A DNA stretch of 64,000 nucleotides from Oscillospiraceae bacterium (lineage in GTDB: Bacteria > Bacillota > Clostridia > Oscillospirales > Acutalibacteraceae), in the NCBI GenBank assembly GCA_902787025.1, contig CADAER010000005.1, forward strand, positions 417-64,416, read 5' to 3'. This document shows, piece after piece, positions 1 through 8,599 of the stretch. The notes beneath the pieces are model-generated. The model saw nothing but the letters and a program-made list of their open reading frames with translations. It was not told the DNA's origin and did not search any database. How positions within the stretch are numbered: the stretch's first letter is position 1; each line of letters starts with the position of its first letter. A program made the translations under genes and the position numbers.

Positions 1-417
1 GCAAATGTAGTTCAGCTCGCCTTCGCCGTTGTAGTTGTCGGCAATGCCGGCGCAGAGCCGCGCATGAGCTTTGCTGGAGTCAATCAGTCTGTGCTGTCCC
101 GTAAAATTATCCTTTCTCTTCTTGTAGTCAATATCGGTCATAATATATGCACGCCAGCCGGACAGCCTCATATACATGAACACGAACTCAACATCGTGCT
201 TTTTGTCTTTGGTCAAATAGTATTTGTGTATGCATTTCATATCGTTTGTTTCTCTCTCCCACGCATCCTCAGAATCATCTTCTGTATCCCACGCATCCTC
301 AGAATCATCTTCTGTATCCCACACATTCTCTTCCGTCCGACGGTCCGTCCGACGGTCATCCCCGACTATCCACCGGAGATAAGTGTCCGTCAATGAACTT
401 AACCAACCAAGCATCAT
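1..417 (-). CDS. Hypothetical protein running off the left edge, not in the ORF track; acidic repeat then a possible E2-like domain
   Basis: ATG at 417 after AAGGAAGGAAG; open to base 1: MMLGWLSSLTDTYLRWIVGDDRRTDRRTEENVWDTEDDSEDAWDTEDDSEDAWERETNDMKCIHKYYLTKDKKHDVEFVFMYMRLSGWRAYIMTDIDYKKRKDNFTGQHRLIDSS...ELNYIC. Confidence 0.75.
   Translation of the reverse strand, partial: MMLGWLSSLTDTYLRWIVGDDRRTDRRTEENVWDTEDDSEDAWDTEDDSEDAWERETNDMKCIHKYYLTKDKKHDVEFVFMYMRLSGWRAYIMTDIDYKKRKDNFTGQHRLIDSSKAHARLCAGIADNYNGEGELNYIC
258..330. repeat. 30-bp tandem repeat (2 full copies plus a partial one), encoding WDTEDDSEDA on the minus strand
   Basis: cccacgcatcctcagaatcatcttctgtat at 258-287 and 288-317, degenerate partial copy 318-330. 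Confidence 0.95.
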
Positions 418-443
418 TATCTTCCTTCCTTTTGTTGACACAC

Positions 444-481
444 CGTGTGTCGGTCAAGGATAAGCTGCCGACCGACACACG
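444..481 (-). other. Perfect 12-bp stem-loop between the small ORF and the next gene
   Basis: cgtgtgtcggtc-N14-gaccgacacacg; no U-tract directly after it on the minus strand. Confidence 0.7.
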
Positions 482-493
482 CCAACCATGGAA

Positions 494-562
494 TCAGTGC
501 CATGTTCCGCCGTCCAGATCGCCCTGACGGCCGCCGTAGCAAACATGTTTAATACCGCTCAT
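494..562 (-). CDS. Small ORF, 22 aa, MSGIKHVCYGGRQGDLDGGTWH (not in the ORF track)
   Basis: AAGGAGGT RBS 6 nt before ATG(562); TGA at 496-494; directly downstream of a TATACT -10 box. Confidence 0.6.
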   Translation of the reverse strand: MSGIKHVCYGGRQGDLDGGTWH

Positions 563-593
563 ATGCACACCTCCTTCTTCAAGTGTCAACAAC

Positions 594-642
594 AGTATAG
601 CCAGGGTGATAGACAACTCGTGTCCATCACCCCGGCTATAAG
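594..642 (-). promoter_or_regulatory. Palindromic operator/promoter TGTCTA-N10-TATACT, candidate WYL site
   Basis: tatagccagggtgatagaca-actcg-tgtccatcaccccggctata inverted repeat; the same half-site occurs upstream of the WYL gene. Confidence 0.65.
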
Positions 643-715
643 AAAAAATTTTTCCCTTTTCTTTTTCGGTATGTTTGTTACACTAAGCAGATAATCATTC
701 CCAGAAAAACCCGTT

Positions 716-2422
716 TCAATGATTATCCGAAAGATTGTAGTCCCTGAGGTTTATGCTGTTTCTCCATTTTTCTAATTTCTCTACATATTCTTTGGAAAAA
801 GAGAGTTCTTGCCTTTGTTCTTCAACATAGTTTTCATATTCAGGGTATTTGGTAAAATTCTCAAAATAACTATCTTCTACAGCATCTGAAACCCCTTTAA
901 AAAGTTCACTGACAATCGCTATTAATTTATTTTTTTTCTCTTCAAAATCATTGATGCGTTTTTGCATCATAATGTTTTCAGCAACGCCTGTTCCAACATC
1001 AATAGCGGCGCCTGCAATAGGCAAAGCCTTTTCAGCGAACTTGGCCATTTTTACGACTTGCCACGGTTTGAATTTGTAACTTTTAAATAAAGTATCTCTG
1101 GTTTTAAAAATTACATTTTTAATTGTGTCGGTTCCGGCGTTTCCGGCTTTTTTAAGAACCTGGGCAGACCCGTGCCCGCTTTTACTTAATAATTTCTCCT
1201 TTTTTGAGTTGAGCTTTTCTTGTTCGTTTTTGAACTGATTTTCAAGTTTGCTTGACCACCGCATATTTTCATCTGAATAATTCATAAAAATCATGTTTAT
1301 TCTTCGGTCAATTTGATAACCTATTTCGTCAGCTCCTTTTGAAACGCCGATTTCATCTTCCAGGACTTCCCGGAAGTTTTCCATTGTGGCTGCCCTTATT
1401 TTATTTTTTATTTCTTTTTCAAGGGTTAGTATCTCTTCTAAAACTTTTGTTTGGTTGCGTCTGGTTCTTTCTTTATATTTATCAAGATCCTTCTCGCCCC
1501 GTTTCAATGTTTTTTCTATTTCGGGAATGGCATTGAATGTCAAATCATCAATGCTTCTGTCTATTTCACTGATTTTCTTGGTGAACTCATCATTAAGAAT
1601 ATCGCAGCCGGTCTTTGCTATTAACTGTTTTTTCTTTTTTTCAATAATACTGTATGTTTTTTCTTCAAGATCATTTATATGAGAACGGCGTAAATACTCT
1701 TCGCGGTTGTCCTTCCACTCATCGACGTCCTTGCCGTTGGGCGATGCGCTGACACAAACAACATTTACTTCGGAAGCTTTATTTTGACTGATTCCGAAAT
1801 CAGTCAGTTTTTTTCGCAGCGCGGCGGTTTTTATTTCGGATTGCTTTGCGAATTCTTCTTCGTCTGTCGTATCGGCAACATCATCCATTCGGTTTATAAC
1901 AAATATTGTGGATTCTATTTTCTGTAATTCGTTGAAAAGTCGGTTAACTATTGCTTTGTGGCTGTCTTTCAACGGGTTTTTAGCCGGAACAACATATAAA
2001 ATCAAATCCGCTTCGCTCAGGTATTTTTCTGTCATACCGGAAAGAGAAACGGCTTTCCCGTCTTCATCGCTGCCGATTTTATCTCCAAACAAGCCGGGCG
2101 TATCAACTATCTGACAGCCTTCGCTGATTGAATTGGGAACATAACACAGAATCTCGTCGGACGACTCGTCTGATGAAATTTTCATATTATCAAGTTTTTC
2201 ATTAAGCCAACCTGCAATTATACTTGTCTTTCCGTCGGAAAACGCGCCGATAAGCACAATTGACAAAATATCGCTGTCAATCTTTTCAATGGCTTTGTCA
2301 AACTTGTTAATTGCGTCGGAAACATCCGGTCCGGTTTCGCCCAATTCATAAAACTTGTTTTTTGCGGCTTCAATTTTTTTAATAAGCTCCTCTTTGCCGA
2401 TTGAATAATCGTTAACAAACAT
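716..2422 (-). CDS. leoA: LeoA/HP0731-family dynamin-like GTPase (Eleos-type)
   Basis: G1 GAFSDGKTS, G3 DTPG, G4 INRMD, helical stalk, KFKPW motif before a hydrophobic paddle. Confidence 0.85.
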   Translation of the reverse strand: MFVNDYSIGKEELIKKIEAAKNKFYELGETGPDVSDAINKFDKAIEKIDSDILSIVLIGAFSDGKTSIIAGWLNEKLDNMKISSDESSDEILCYVPNSISEGCQIVDTPGLFGDKIGSDEDGKAVSLSGMTEKYLSEADLILYVVPAKNPLKDSHKAIVNRLFNELQKIESTIFVINRMDDVADTTDEEEFAKQSEIKTAALRKKLTDFGISQNKASEVNVVCVSASPNGKDVDEWKDNREEYLRRSHINDLEEKTYSIIEKKKKQLIAKTGCDILNDEFTKKISEIDRSIDDLTFNAIPEIEKTLKRGEKDLDKYKERTRRNQTKVLEEILTLEKEIKNKIRAATMENFREVLEDEIGVSKGADEIGYQIDRRINMIFMNYSDENMRWSSKLENQFKNEQEKLNSKKEKLLSKSGHGSAQVLKKAGNAGTDTIKNVIFKTRDTLFKSYKFKPWQVVKMAKFAEKALPIAGAAIDVGTGVAENIMMQKRINDFEEKKNKLIAIVSELFKGVSDAVEDSYFENFTKYPEYENYVEEQRQELSFSKEYVEKLEKWRNSINLRDYNLSDNH

Positions 2423-2437
2423 TTTTTCTCCTTCTCC

Positions 2438-4075
2438 TTATATAATTTTAATTTTTTCTTTGTAAATGTCAAAAACCAATTTATTCAGTATTTCTTTGAC
2501 ATGGTTTATTGAGTTATTCCGAATCTGAACCAGTTCGGATATTCTGTCGCATACAGGCTTGATAAATTTCTCCTCAAAATTCTCCGATTTTATTTTTTCG
2601 TTTATTATTATTGTCTCTTCTATTTTAACACGTTCAATATATGTTTCTATAATATTGCTTACTAAATCGTTTCTTTTCTTTCTGGTTAAAAAGACACTCC
2701 ATATACTAATCGCCAAACCTGCAATGGCTCCCAGAATCGTCCCCACAACATTTCCGATTCCAGGAAACGCCGTGCCCATACTAAAACCGCTGAACGCCAT
2801 TTCCCCGATTCTTGAAAGGTGCTTGAAAGCTTCTTTAAAGTTGGTTTTTCTTTCCGGTAAAGCATTTTCATTAAAATCAAATGTCCATTTGTCGATGGAT
2901 TCGGCAAACCCTTTCTGAGCGTCGATGTTATCCTCGTCGGTGCGTTTAATCAAATCGTCAACGTCCTCATAAAATTTATTTATGGCTGCCGTTATTTTAT
3001 CTTGTATTTTTCTTTTCAGTTTGCTTTCAATTTCATCTTTATGATTATCAAAATACTCTTTAACAATAATGTCAACATTTTTCAGGGTGCATTCGTTGCC
3101 CACAAGGTTTAACAAATCAGTTTCTGCGTCGGTAAAAACTTCATTAACAACATTCCCGCTGATTGCGCCGATTGATTTTCCGAAATCTTCTCTTGCATCT
3201 TCGCATTGACTTTCTAATACGTTATAGTTTTTCTGCCATTCGTTATACTTTTTAAACTCAATTTTTCTCAGAGCATTTAACTTGTCAAGCGTTGAATCAA
3301 AACGGGATTTTATTTTTTTAATGTTTTCATCACAGATAGTTTCTTCAAAAGTCAGGATATATTGCTCAATAATATCAGTAATTAAGGAAATTCTGCTGTC
3401 CGATATCATTTCCGGAATATTGTCGGAGTATTCTTTGGCGTATTTTTTCTGATCGTTTAAAAGACTTTTTCCTTCGTCAATAACTATGGATGAAGTTTTG
3501 CTGTTTTGTCCTTGATAAGCTTCAGCACAAAAAGCAAGCAGTCCGTTTACGCAAATACTTCCTTTATAGTTATCTCCGAGAAATTTCAAATTGTCTTTCG
3601 TCTGAATAACAATTTCTTGCTGCTGATAATATGCTATTTTTAAATCTTCGGAATAAGACCTGTCTATTCCCTTAACTCGGTTCTTTTTCGGTTTGCAATG
3701 AACATTGAAAACTGTATAGACCGATGTGCCGTCTTTCATATAATCTTTAATTTTTTCAAGGGTTCCTTTTTCAATCTTTTTTCCGGAACCGTTCACAAAA
3801 AAGATAATATGTGCCTTTTCCAGCGATTTTTGTATTATGCTCTTGAATTTGCTTTCATTTCCTTCAATTCCGGGAATATCAATTAACGAAAAATTCTTTC
3901 CTTTTATGTTCAGATTATATTCCGTTGCGCTGCAAGTATAATCCGAACGACCGGTTCCGATTATTTCACCGTCAATATGTCCAATTTCTTTTTCTGCTTT
4001 TTTCAAAGATTCTGATGCTTCAAGCATCTTTTTTTCGTTTTCAATAAATGTGAGAAGATTATTGTTCTTTTTCAT
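2438..4075 (-). CDS. leoB: LeoB-like dynamin-like protein (GTPase domain lacking G1)
   Basis: IGTGRSDYT (G2), DIPGIEG (G3), coiled coil and Gly-rich hydrophobic hairpin FPGIGNVVGTILGAIAG; no P-loop. Confidence 0.75.
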   Translation of the reverse strand: MKKNNNLLTFIENEKKMLEASESLKKAEKEIGHIDGEIIGTGRSDYTCSATEYNLNIKGKNFSLIDIPGIEGNESKFKSIIQKSLEKAHIIFFVNGSGKKIEKGTLEKIKDYMKDGTSVYTVFNVHCKPKKNRVKGIDRSYSEDLKIAYYQQQEIVIQTKDNLKFLGDNYKGSICVNGLLAFCAEAYQGQNSKTSSIVIDEGKSLLNDQKKYAKEYSDNIPEMISDSRISLITDIIEQYILTFEETICDENIKKIKSRFDSTLDKLNALRKIEFKKYNEWQKNYNVLESQCEDAREDFGKSIGAISGNVVNEVFTDAETDLLNLVGNECTLKNVDIIVKEYFDNHKDEIESKLKRKIQDKITAAINKFYEDVDDLIKRTDEDNIDAQKGFAESIDKWTFDFNENALPERKTNFKEAFKHLSRIGEMAFSGFSMGTAFPGIGNVVGTILGAIAGLAISIWSVFLTRKKRNDLVSNIIETYIERVKIEETIIINEKIKSENFEEKFIKPVCDRISELVQIRNNSINHVKEILNKLVFDIYKEKIKII

Positions 4076-4084
4076 AACTGATGA

Positions 4085-4627
4085 TTATATCACTCCAAAA
4101 TACAAATAGGATATAACTGCTCCCGCCGCGGCGCCGCCCAAAACAAGACCGGTTGATTTTATTACCGATTTAAGGCGTTGTCTTTTCACTTGTTTATCAA
4201 CGGCGGTGTTCATTTCTGACAATTGTTTTACTAAATCATCGTATCTTGTAATATTTTCAGCCGTTTCTTCACAATACAATTGTTTTTGCTTTAACAGTGT
4301 TTCTCTTCTTTTTTCATCATCATAAATGATTCGTAACGACTCAATCAAGGTTGATTTGCCGGCATTGGTTTCTCCGAAAAAAGCAATGCACAGTTTATCC
4401 CACTCGCTGGACTCTTCAAGTTGCTTGATTTCAGTTTCAAACGCATTGTTTAATTCTTCAAAGTGAGAAATAATACCATTCAATTCGTTTATTTCTTCTT
4501 CAATTTCTTTTGTTTTTTCTCCGCTTTCCAATTCCGCTTTTTCTCTTTTCAAATCTTTTTCCGCATTTTCAAGCAGCATTAAAACATCGCTGTATTTTTT
4601 CTTCATCTCTTCTTTTTTCAAAAACAA
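4085..4627 (-). CDS. leoC: LeoC-like protein carrying the G1 P-loop, with a C-terminal TM helix
   Basis: IAFFGETNAGKSTLIESLRI; C-terminal GLVLGGAAAGAVISYLYFGVI. Confidence 0.75.
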   Translation of the reverse strand: MFLKKEEMKKKYSDVLMLLENAEKDLKREKAELESGEKTKEIEEEINELNGIISHFEELNNAFETEIKQLEESSEWDKLCIAFFGETNAGKSTLIESLRIIYDDEKRRETLLKQKQLYCEETAENITRYDDLVKQLSEMNTAVDKQVKRQRLKSVIKSTGLVLGGAAAGAVISYLYFGVI

Positions 4628-4642
4628 AACACACTCCTTTTA

Positions 4643-5272
4643 TTATATTAGCAGCTGCCATGTATCTGTGTTGCAACTGTTCGGCGCTCTTTCCGCCCAA
4701 GGACCTTTACCGTATTTTTTAAACAATTTATATTCAAGCTCATGACATTTACTTGGCGGACAGCACTGCCAAGAAACTTTGATATCGTCTCGGTTTTCCT
4801 CCGTAACAGACCAGTAATTTCCGGCTCTGGATTTATTATCGTAATTCAGATTGTAATATTGGGCAAACCGCCAACGGACACCGCCCGAATAGGAAGCCCT
4901 TCCGCATTTCATTATGCTTCCGTTAAGCCATAAAATATATACGCCCGGGGCAGAGGGTGCCTCGTGAATTGCATCAGAGAGAAGAACTTTTGTTTCATAA
5001 CTGAAATCAGTCGGCTTTTTATCGAGACCGCTTTTATCTTTGCTCAATTCTTCGTCGGTTCTTCTGTAAAGATTGCTTCTTGCTGTGTTTATGGCTTGTC
5101 TCCGCTCATTAATTTTGTCTATGTTGACGGTCTGTGTCTTCTCTGCCCAGTTCAGCTTGGATTCCTGTTCATCTAAAAAGGCATTAGCTTTTCTTTCGCT
5201 TTCATCAATCGCATCAGATATAAGAGACTGACCGATTTGAAACGCTTTTCCGATTATTTTTAAAAAATCCAT
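4643..5272 (-). CDS. Hypothetical protein with a C-terminal GIY-YIG-like domain
   Basis: APSAPGVY...IMKCGRA...VRWRF..Y...ELEYKLF follows the GIY-YIG motif order; helical N-terminus. Confidence 0.5.
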   Translation of the reverse strand: MDFLKIIGKAFQIGQSLISDAIDESERKANAFLDEQESKLNWAEKTQTVNIDKINERRQAINTARSNLYRRTDEELSKDKSGLDKKPTDFSYETKVLLSDAIHEAPSAPGVYILWLNGSIMKCGRASYSGGVRWRFAQYYNLNYDNKSRAGNYWSVTEENRDDIKVSWQCCPPSKCHELEYKLFKKYGKGPWAERAPNSCNTDTWQLLI

Positions 5273-5318
5273 ATGCTATCCTTTCTTTCATCATTTGATG
5301 AAAAATAAAATAATCATT

Positions 5319-7007
5319 CTATTCGTTCATTTTTATTTTCTTCCTGTATTTTTCTGCCGACTTTGTTTCAAAAATCACCAGCAGGCTTCGCGGCCTGCTC
5401 ATTCCTACATACATAAGATCAGGCTTGTTGTATGTCTGGATGTCCGTAAGAAAAACAACGGTGTTTTCCATACCTTTAAAACCTTGAATTGTGGAATAAG
5501 TGATTTCTTCGCTGCCGTCCCTGGCAAGATCAATTTTATATTTGGTGATTTTTGAAGCAATTGACTTTTCATACTTGAACGGAGACAGAAGAGTGATTTC
5601 TTTTCGGTTGATTCCGTTCGCAATCAATTTTTTTAGCTCTTGTTCAACAAGCTCTTTTTCTTCTTGCTCCGAATTGAATTGAATGTATTTCACAGCAGGC
5701 AGACTTTCGTCTTTTTTCAGCGTTTCAACAGATATACCGACAACTTTGTCCATTTCCGCCTGTATAGCAGGAGTATTTCTGCAATTAACCGTCAAATTAA
5801 ACATTGCGAAATTTGCCCTGCCTTCCAGCATATCAACAACTCTGTCATAATCAATCCCGCGGTTGAAGATTGTCTGAAGATTGAAATCTCCGAAAAAATA
5901 CCACTCGCCTTTTTTTAACCCGCCTTTTATGATTGTATCAAACAGTTCAAGATAATCCGGATTCATCAGATCCTGAGCTTCGTCAATTATTATTTTATCA
6001 AACTCAACCTGTTCTTTTTCAAGCGCATCAAGGGCAAGAAACGGTAAATCCTCCTTGTAAAACTTGCCCGGATCGGTTATCGAACTGAAATCAAAATCGG
6101 TATTTCTCCGTATAAGATTCTCGAGAAAATCGGTAAACGAGCCGACATATGCCGGTTGTATCTCCTCATCTGTAAAATGCTGTTTCAGCTCTTTTGCCAA
6201 AAGAAGATTATAACAGAACACCGCCGTCTTTTTGCCACTGACAACGCTTTCTTTGGCATTTTTTATTGCAAGGACCGTTTTGCCTGTGCCTGCTGCACCG
6301 TTAATAAGGCATCTTTGATTTGATGCAAGGCCGTCAATACAGCGGTATTGCTCATTTGTGAGATTTATTATTCTGTCTTCCGAGTATTCAATCTTTGTTG
6401 ATACAGGAACCGCTTTTTCAAAGTCTTTGCGAAGTATGTTCACGATGTCATTTACATCTTCATTTGAAGGATAGATTACAATAACTTTTTTGTCACGCAG
6501 TTTCTTGCTGCTGTAATCCGAAAGCCTTTTTATAAACCTGCCGACATATTGGGAATCTCTTTTGTCGAAAACCTGTTCCTGAGAGCAATCAATATCACTG
6601 TTTTCATATTCGATATCGGGGAACATAACCCCGTATCCGCTGAGCACCTTTCGTGTGCCTCCGCGCTTTTCGAGCTCATCAATTACACTGAACATTCCCT
6701 CACCGGCCTGCTCAAACGGGCCGCGTACTTTTTTGTGCTCCACGCCATATTTATCGGTATATATCCAGATTCCGTCTTCTCTCTTTACGCGACCGCCTTT
6801 TACTTCAAGAGCAAAAACGCCCAGATTTGATGCGAGCACAAGAAAGTCGATTTCCCCGAAAACAACAGTCTGATGATTCTCAATGCCGAGAGAATGGAAG
6901 ACCACCCATTCTTTTGTCATCGGGTCATTCTTAAACCACTCAAATATTTTTCTTTCTGCCGACGATTTTACTTTAGGAGAAATGACGGGAGGAATCATTT
7001 TTGCCAT
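5319..7007 (-). CDS. NERD nuclease-domain / UvrD-like SF1 helicase fusion
   Basis: GEIDFLVL...LEVKGG (NERD); Walker A GAAGTGKT, DEAQD, NCRNT, STIQGFKGME, YVGMSR. Confidence 0.85.
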   Translation of the reverse strand: MAKMIPPVISPKVKSSAERKIFEWFKNDPMTKEWVVFHSLGIENHQTVVFGEIDFLVLASNLGVFALEVKGGRVKREDGIWIYTDKYGVEHKKVRGPFEQAGEGMFSVIDELEKRGGTRKVLSGYGVMFPDIEYENSDIDCSQEQVFDKRDSQYVGRFIKRLSDYSSKKLRDKKVIVIYPSNEDVNDIVNILRKDFEKAVPVSTKIEYSEDRIINLTNEQYRCIDGLASNQRCLINGAAGTGKTVLAIKNAKESVVSGKKTAVFCYNLLLAKELKQHFTDEEIQPAYVGSFTDFLENLIRRNTDFDFSSITDPGKFYKEDLPFLALDALEKEQVEFDKIIIDEAQDLMNPDYLELFDTIIKGGLKKGEWYFFGDFNLQTIFNRGIDYDRVVDMLEGRANFAMFNLTVNCRNTPAIQAEMDKVVGISVETLKKDESLPAVKYIQFNSEQEEKELVEQELKKLIANGINRKEITLLSPFKYEKSIASKITKYKIDLARDGSEEITYSTIQGFKGMENTVVFLTDIQTYNKPDLMYVGMSRPRSLLVIFETKSAEKYRKKIKMNE

Positions 7008-7020
7008 ACAGTCACATCCA

Positions 7021-7932
7021 CTATCTGATATTCTTCACTTTATCCCCTTGTGCGCCGAGCCACATCAGGATACCGTCGCCGTAGCTTTCGGCTGTGATGG
7101 TATAAACGCCGTCCTTTTCCGATATGACCTTTGCGGTGGGGACCTTGTCGAGCATTGCTTCAAGCACGCCCGAATATTCAAAGGTGACTCTTCGGAGATC
7201 ACCCGAATACATAAACTGAATACGCTTGCGGAATTCGCCGTCTTTGAATTTTTTTGCGTATGGCACTTCAAATTTTTCGCCTGTCGCTTTGATATTGCCC
7301 ATTCTGTCAATGCGGTAGATTATCGGATAATCCGTTTTCCCCTCTCCGTCGAACACAAGACAGTAAAAATAGAATTCGGAAAACAGAATGCTCACGGGCT
7401 TCATGATTTTACTGCTCTTTTTGCCGTCCTGCCTCGTGTAGTCAAATTCTATCATATTGTGTGAAACTATATGTCGCGAAAGATTCCATATCGGTGAAAG
7501 CAGCTCTTTGTTATGCTGCAGCGGCACATAGTTGAAAAATTCGTTCCGGATGATTTCCTCCGCCGTCTTTCTGTCTTCGGGAGAAATCTGCATAATCAGT
7601 TTTTCGATTATCTGCGAGAGCTCATCCTTGCGGAACGCGCGGCTTTCCAGCAGTATTTTGCACAGAGCGAGCGCTTCCTCGTTTGTCATCCACTCGCGCT
7701 CAAGGCGCACAAGATAATAGAAATTGCCGCTCTTGTCATATTTGATTGAAATCTCGTTTTCGTAAAAGTGAGTTTCCGTTATATAGGCGCGCAGGTCATC
7801 GATGTCGCGCTGAATTGATTTGAGCGAAACCTCATATTCATTTGCCAGCTGTTCCTTGCTGATTTTTTCGCCCTTGTTCAGCCGCTCGTAAATGTTGAGC
7901 ATGCGAAAACCTTTGTTGTTGCTGAATTCCAT
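7021..7932 (-). CDS. WYL-domain transcriptional regulator (HTH-WYL-WCX)
   Basis: HTH LANEYEVSLKSIQRDIDDLR; WYL core PVSILFSEFYFY...IYRIDRM; start moved to MEFS (7932) because of the RBS. Confidence 0.9.
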   Translation of the reverse strand: MEFSNNKGFRMLNIYERLNKGEKISKEQLANEYEVSLKSIQRDIDDLRAYITETHFYENEISIKYDKSGNFYYLVRLEREWMTNEEALALCKILLESRAFRKDELSQIIEKLIMQISPEDRKTAEEIIRNEFFNYVPLQHNKELLSPIWNLSRHIVSHNMIEFDYTRQDGKKSSKIMKPVSILFSEFYFYCLVFDGEGKTDYPIIYRIDRMGNIKATGEKFEVPYAKKFKDGEFRKRIQFMYSGDLRRVTFEYSGVLEAMLDKVPTAKVISEKDGVYTITAESYGDGILMWLGAQGDKVKNIR

Positions 7933-7962
7933 AAAACAATCCACCTTTATCACCTCGGAATC

Positions 7963-7984
7963 ATTATATCCGCGGTGATGGACA
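7963..7984 (-). promoter_or_regulatory. WYL gene promoter TGTCCA-N10-TATAAT
   Basis: Minus strand tgtccatcaccgcggatataat, nearly identical to the motif at 594-642. Confidence 0.65.
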
Positions 7985-8388
7985 AATATGGGGAATTTAT
8001 AAAACTATAACAAATAATATTCATATTATACTTGAAAATTGAATAAAATTCAACAAAAAATCTATTTAAGAATTATATTTCTTTATGGCTGATTGGTGTA
8101 TCAGTCGTTTTATCTCATTCAGGTTAACAAGATATGCAGTCTGTTTAAGGATTCGCAGCATACTGTTTCGAAAATGTTATGATTGATAAGATTAATTCCG
8201 GGAGCCACTTAAATAAACCGAAAATGCTCCGCAGGCAGGATCTGCGGAGCGAGAATGTTGCTGAATCAATTGCAGTATTACTGCAATTTTTCTGCGGTTT
8301 TCAGTTGATTTTTAAGCGGACTGACAAGCTATAAATCCAACAATTACAAGGGTTCTAATGCTTATTAAACAGTTCACGAAAGAGGCCG

Positions 8389-8433
8389 ATGGCATTCAAG
8401 AGGTAAGGGGTTCAATCCCCCTCATCTCCACCA
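8389..8433 (+). tRNA. 3' fragment only of tRNA-Ala(GGC), probable attR; not a complete tRNA
   Basis: atggcattcaagaggtaaggggttcaatccccctcatctccacca: GGC anticodon loop, T-arm, acceptor 3' strand and CCA; no D-arm or 5' acceptor strand upstream. Confidence 0.8.
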
Positions 8434-8434
8434 G

Positions 8435-8468
8435 AAAAACAGTCCGTCCTTTTGGACGGACTGTTTTT
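8435..8468. terminator. Bidirectional intrinsic terminator
   Basis: aaaaacagtccgtcc-tttt-ggacggactgttttt. Confidence 0.85.
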
Positions 8469-8599
8469 GTTTTGGTCACTGCGCCATAATCAGAATTCTA
8501 ATCCTGTCGTGATAAATTTGAATTGATTGTTTGTTTAAAGTAAAAACAGCGGAGCAAATCTTTAATCAAAAGCGATGCTCCGCTGTTTCATTAATACAT

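Larger units (their letters stand above)
1..8433. mobile_element. Right end of a tRNA-Ala(GGC)-integrated defence-type genomic island; left end and integrase lie outside the window
   Basis: 3' tRNA fragment at 8389-8433 followed by a terminator; visibly AT-rich cargo of WYL, NERD-helicase and LeoCBA-like genes. Confidence 0.7.

Noticed and set aside
258-330. Possible CRISPR array
   Set aside because: Repeats are contiguous with no spacers and stay in frame in a CDS; no cas genes seen.
64-694. Plus-strand ORFs 64-396, 246-527 and 488-694
   Set aside because: Shadows of the minus-strand genes, which have the RBSs and promoter.
8360-8433. Complete tRNA-Ala gene
   Set aside because: No 5' acceptor strand or D-arm, and the 5' side of the anticodon stem does not pair.
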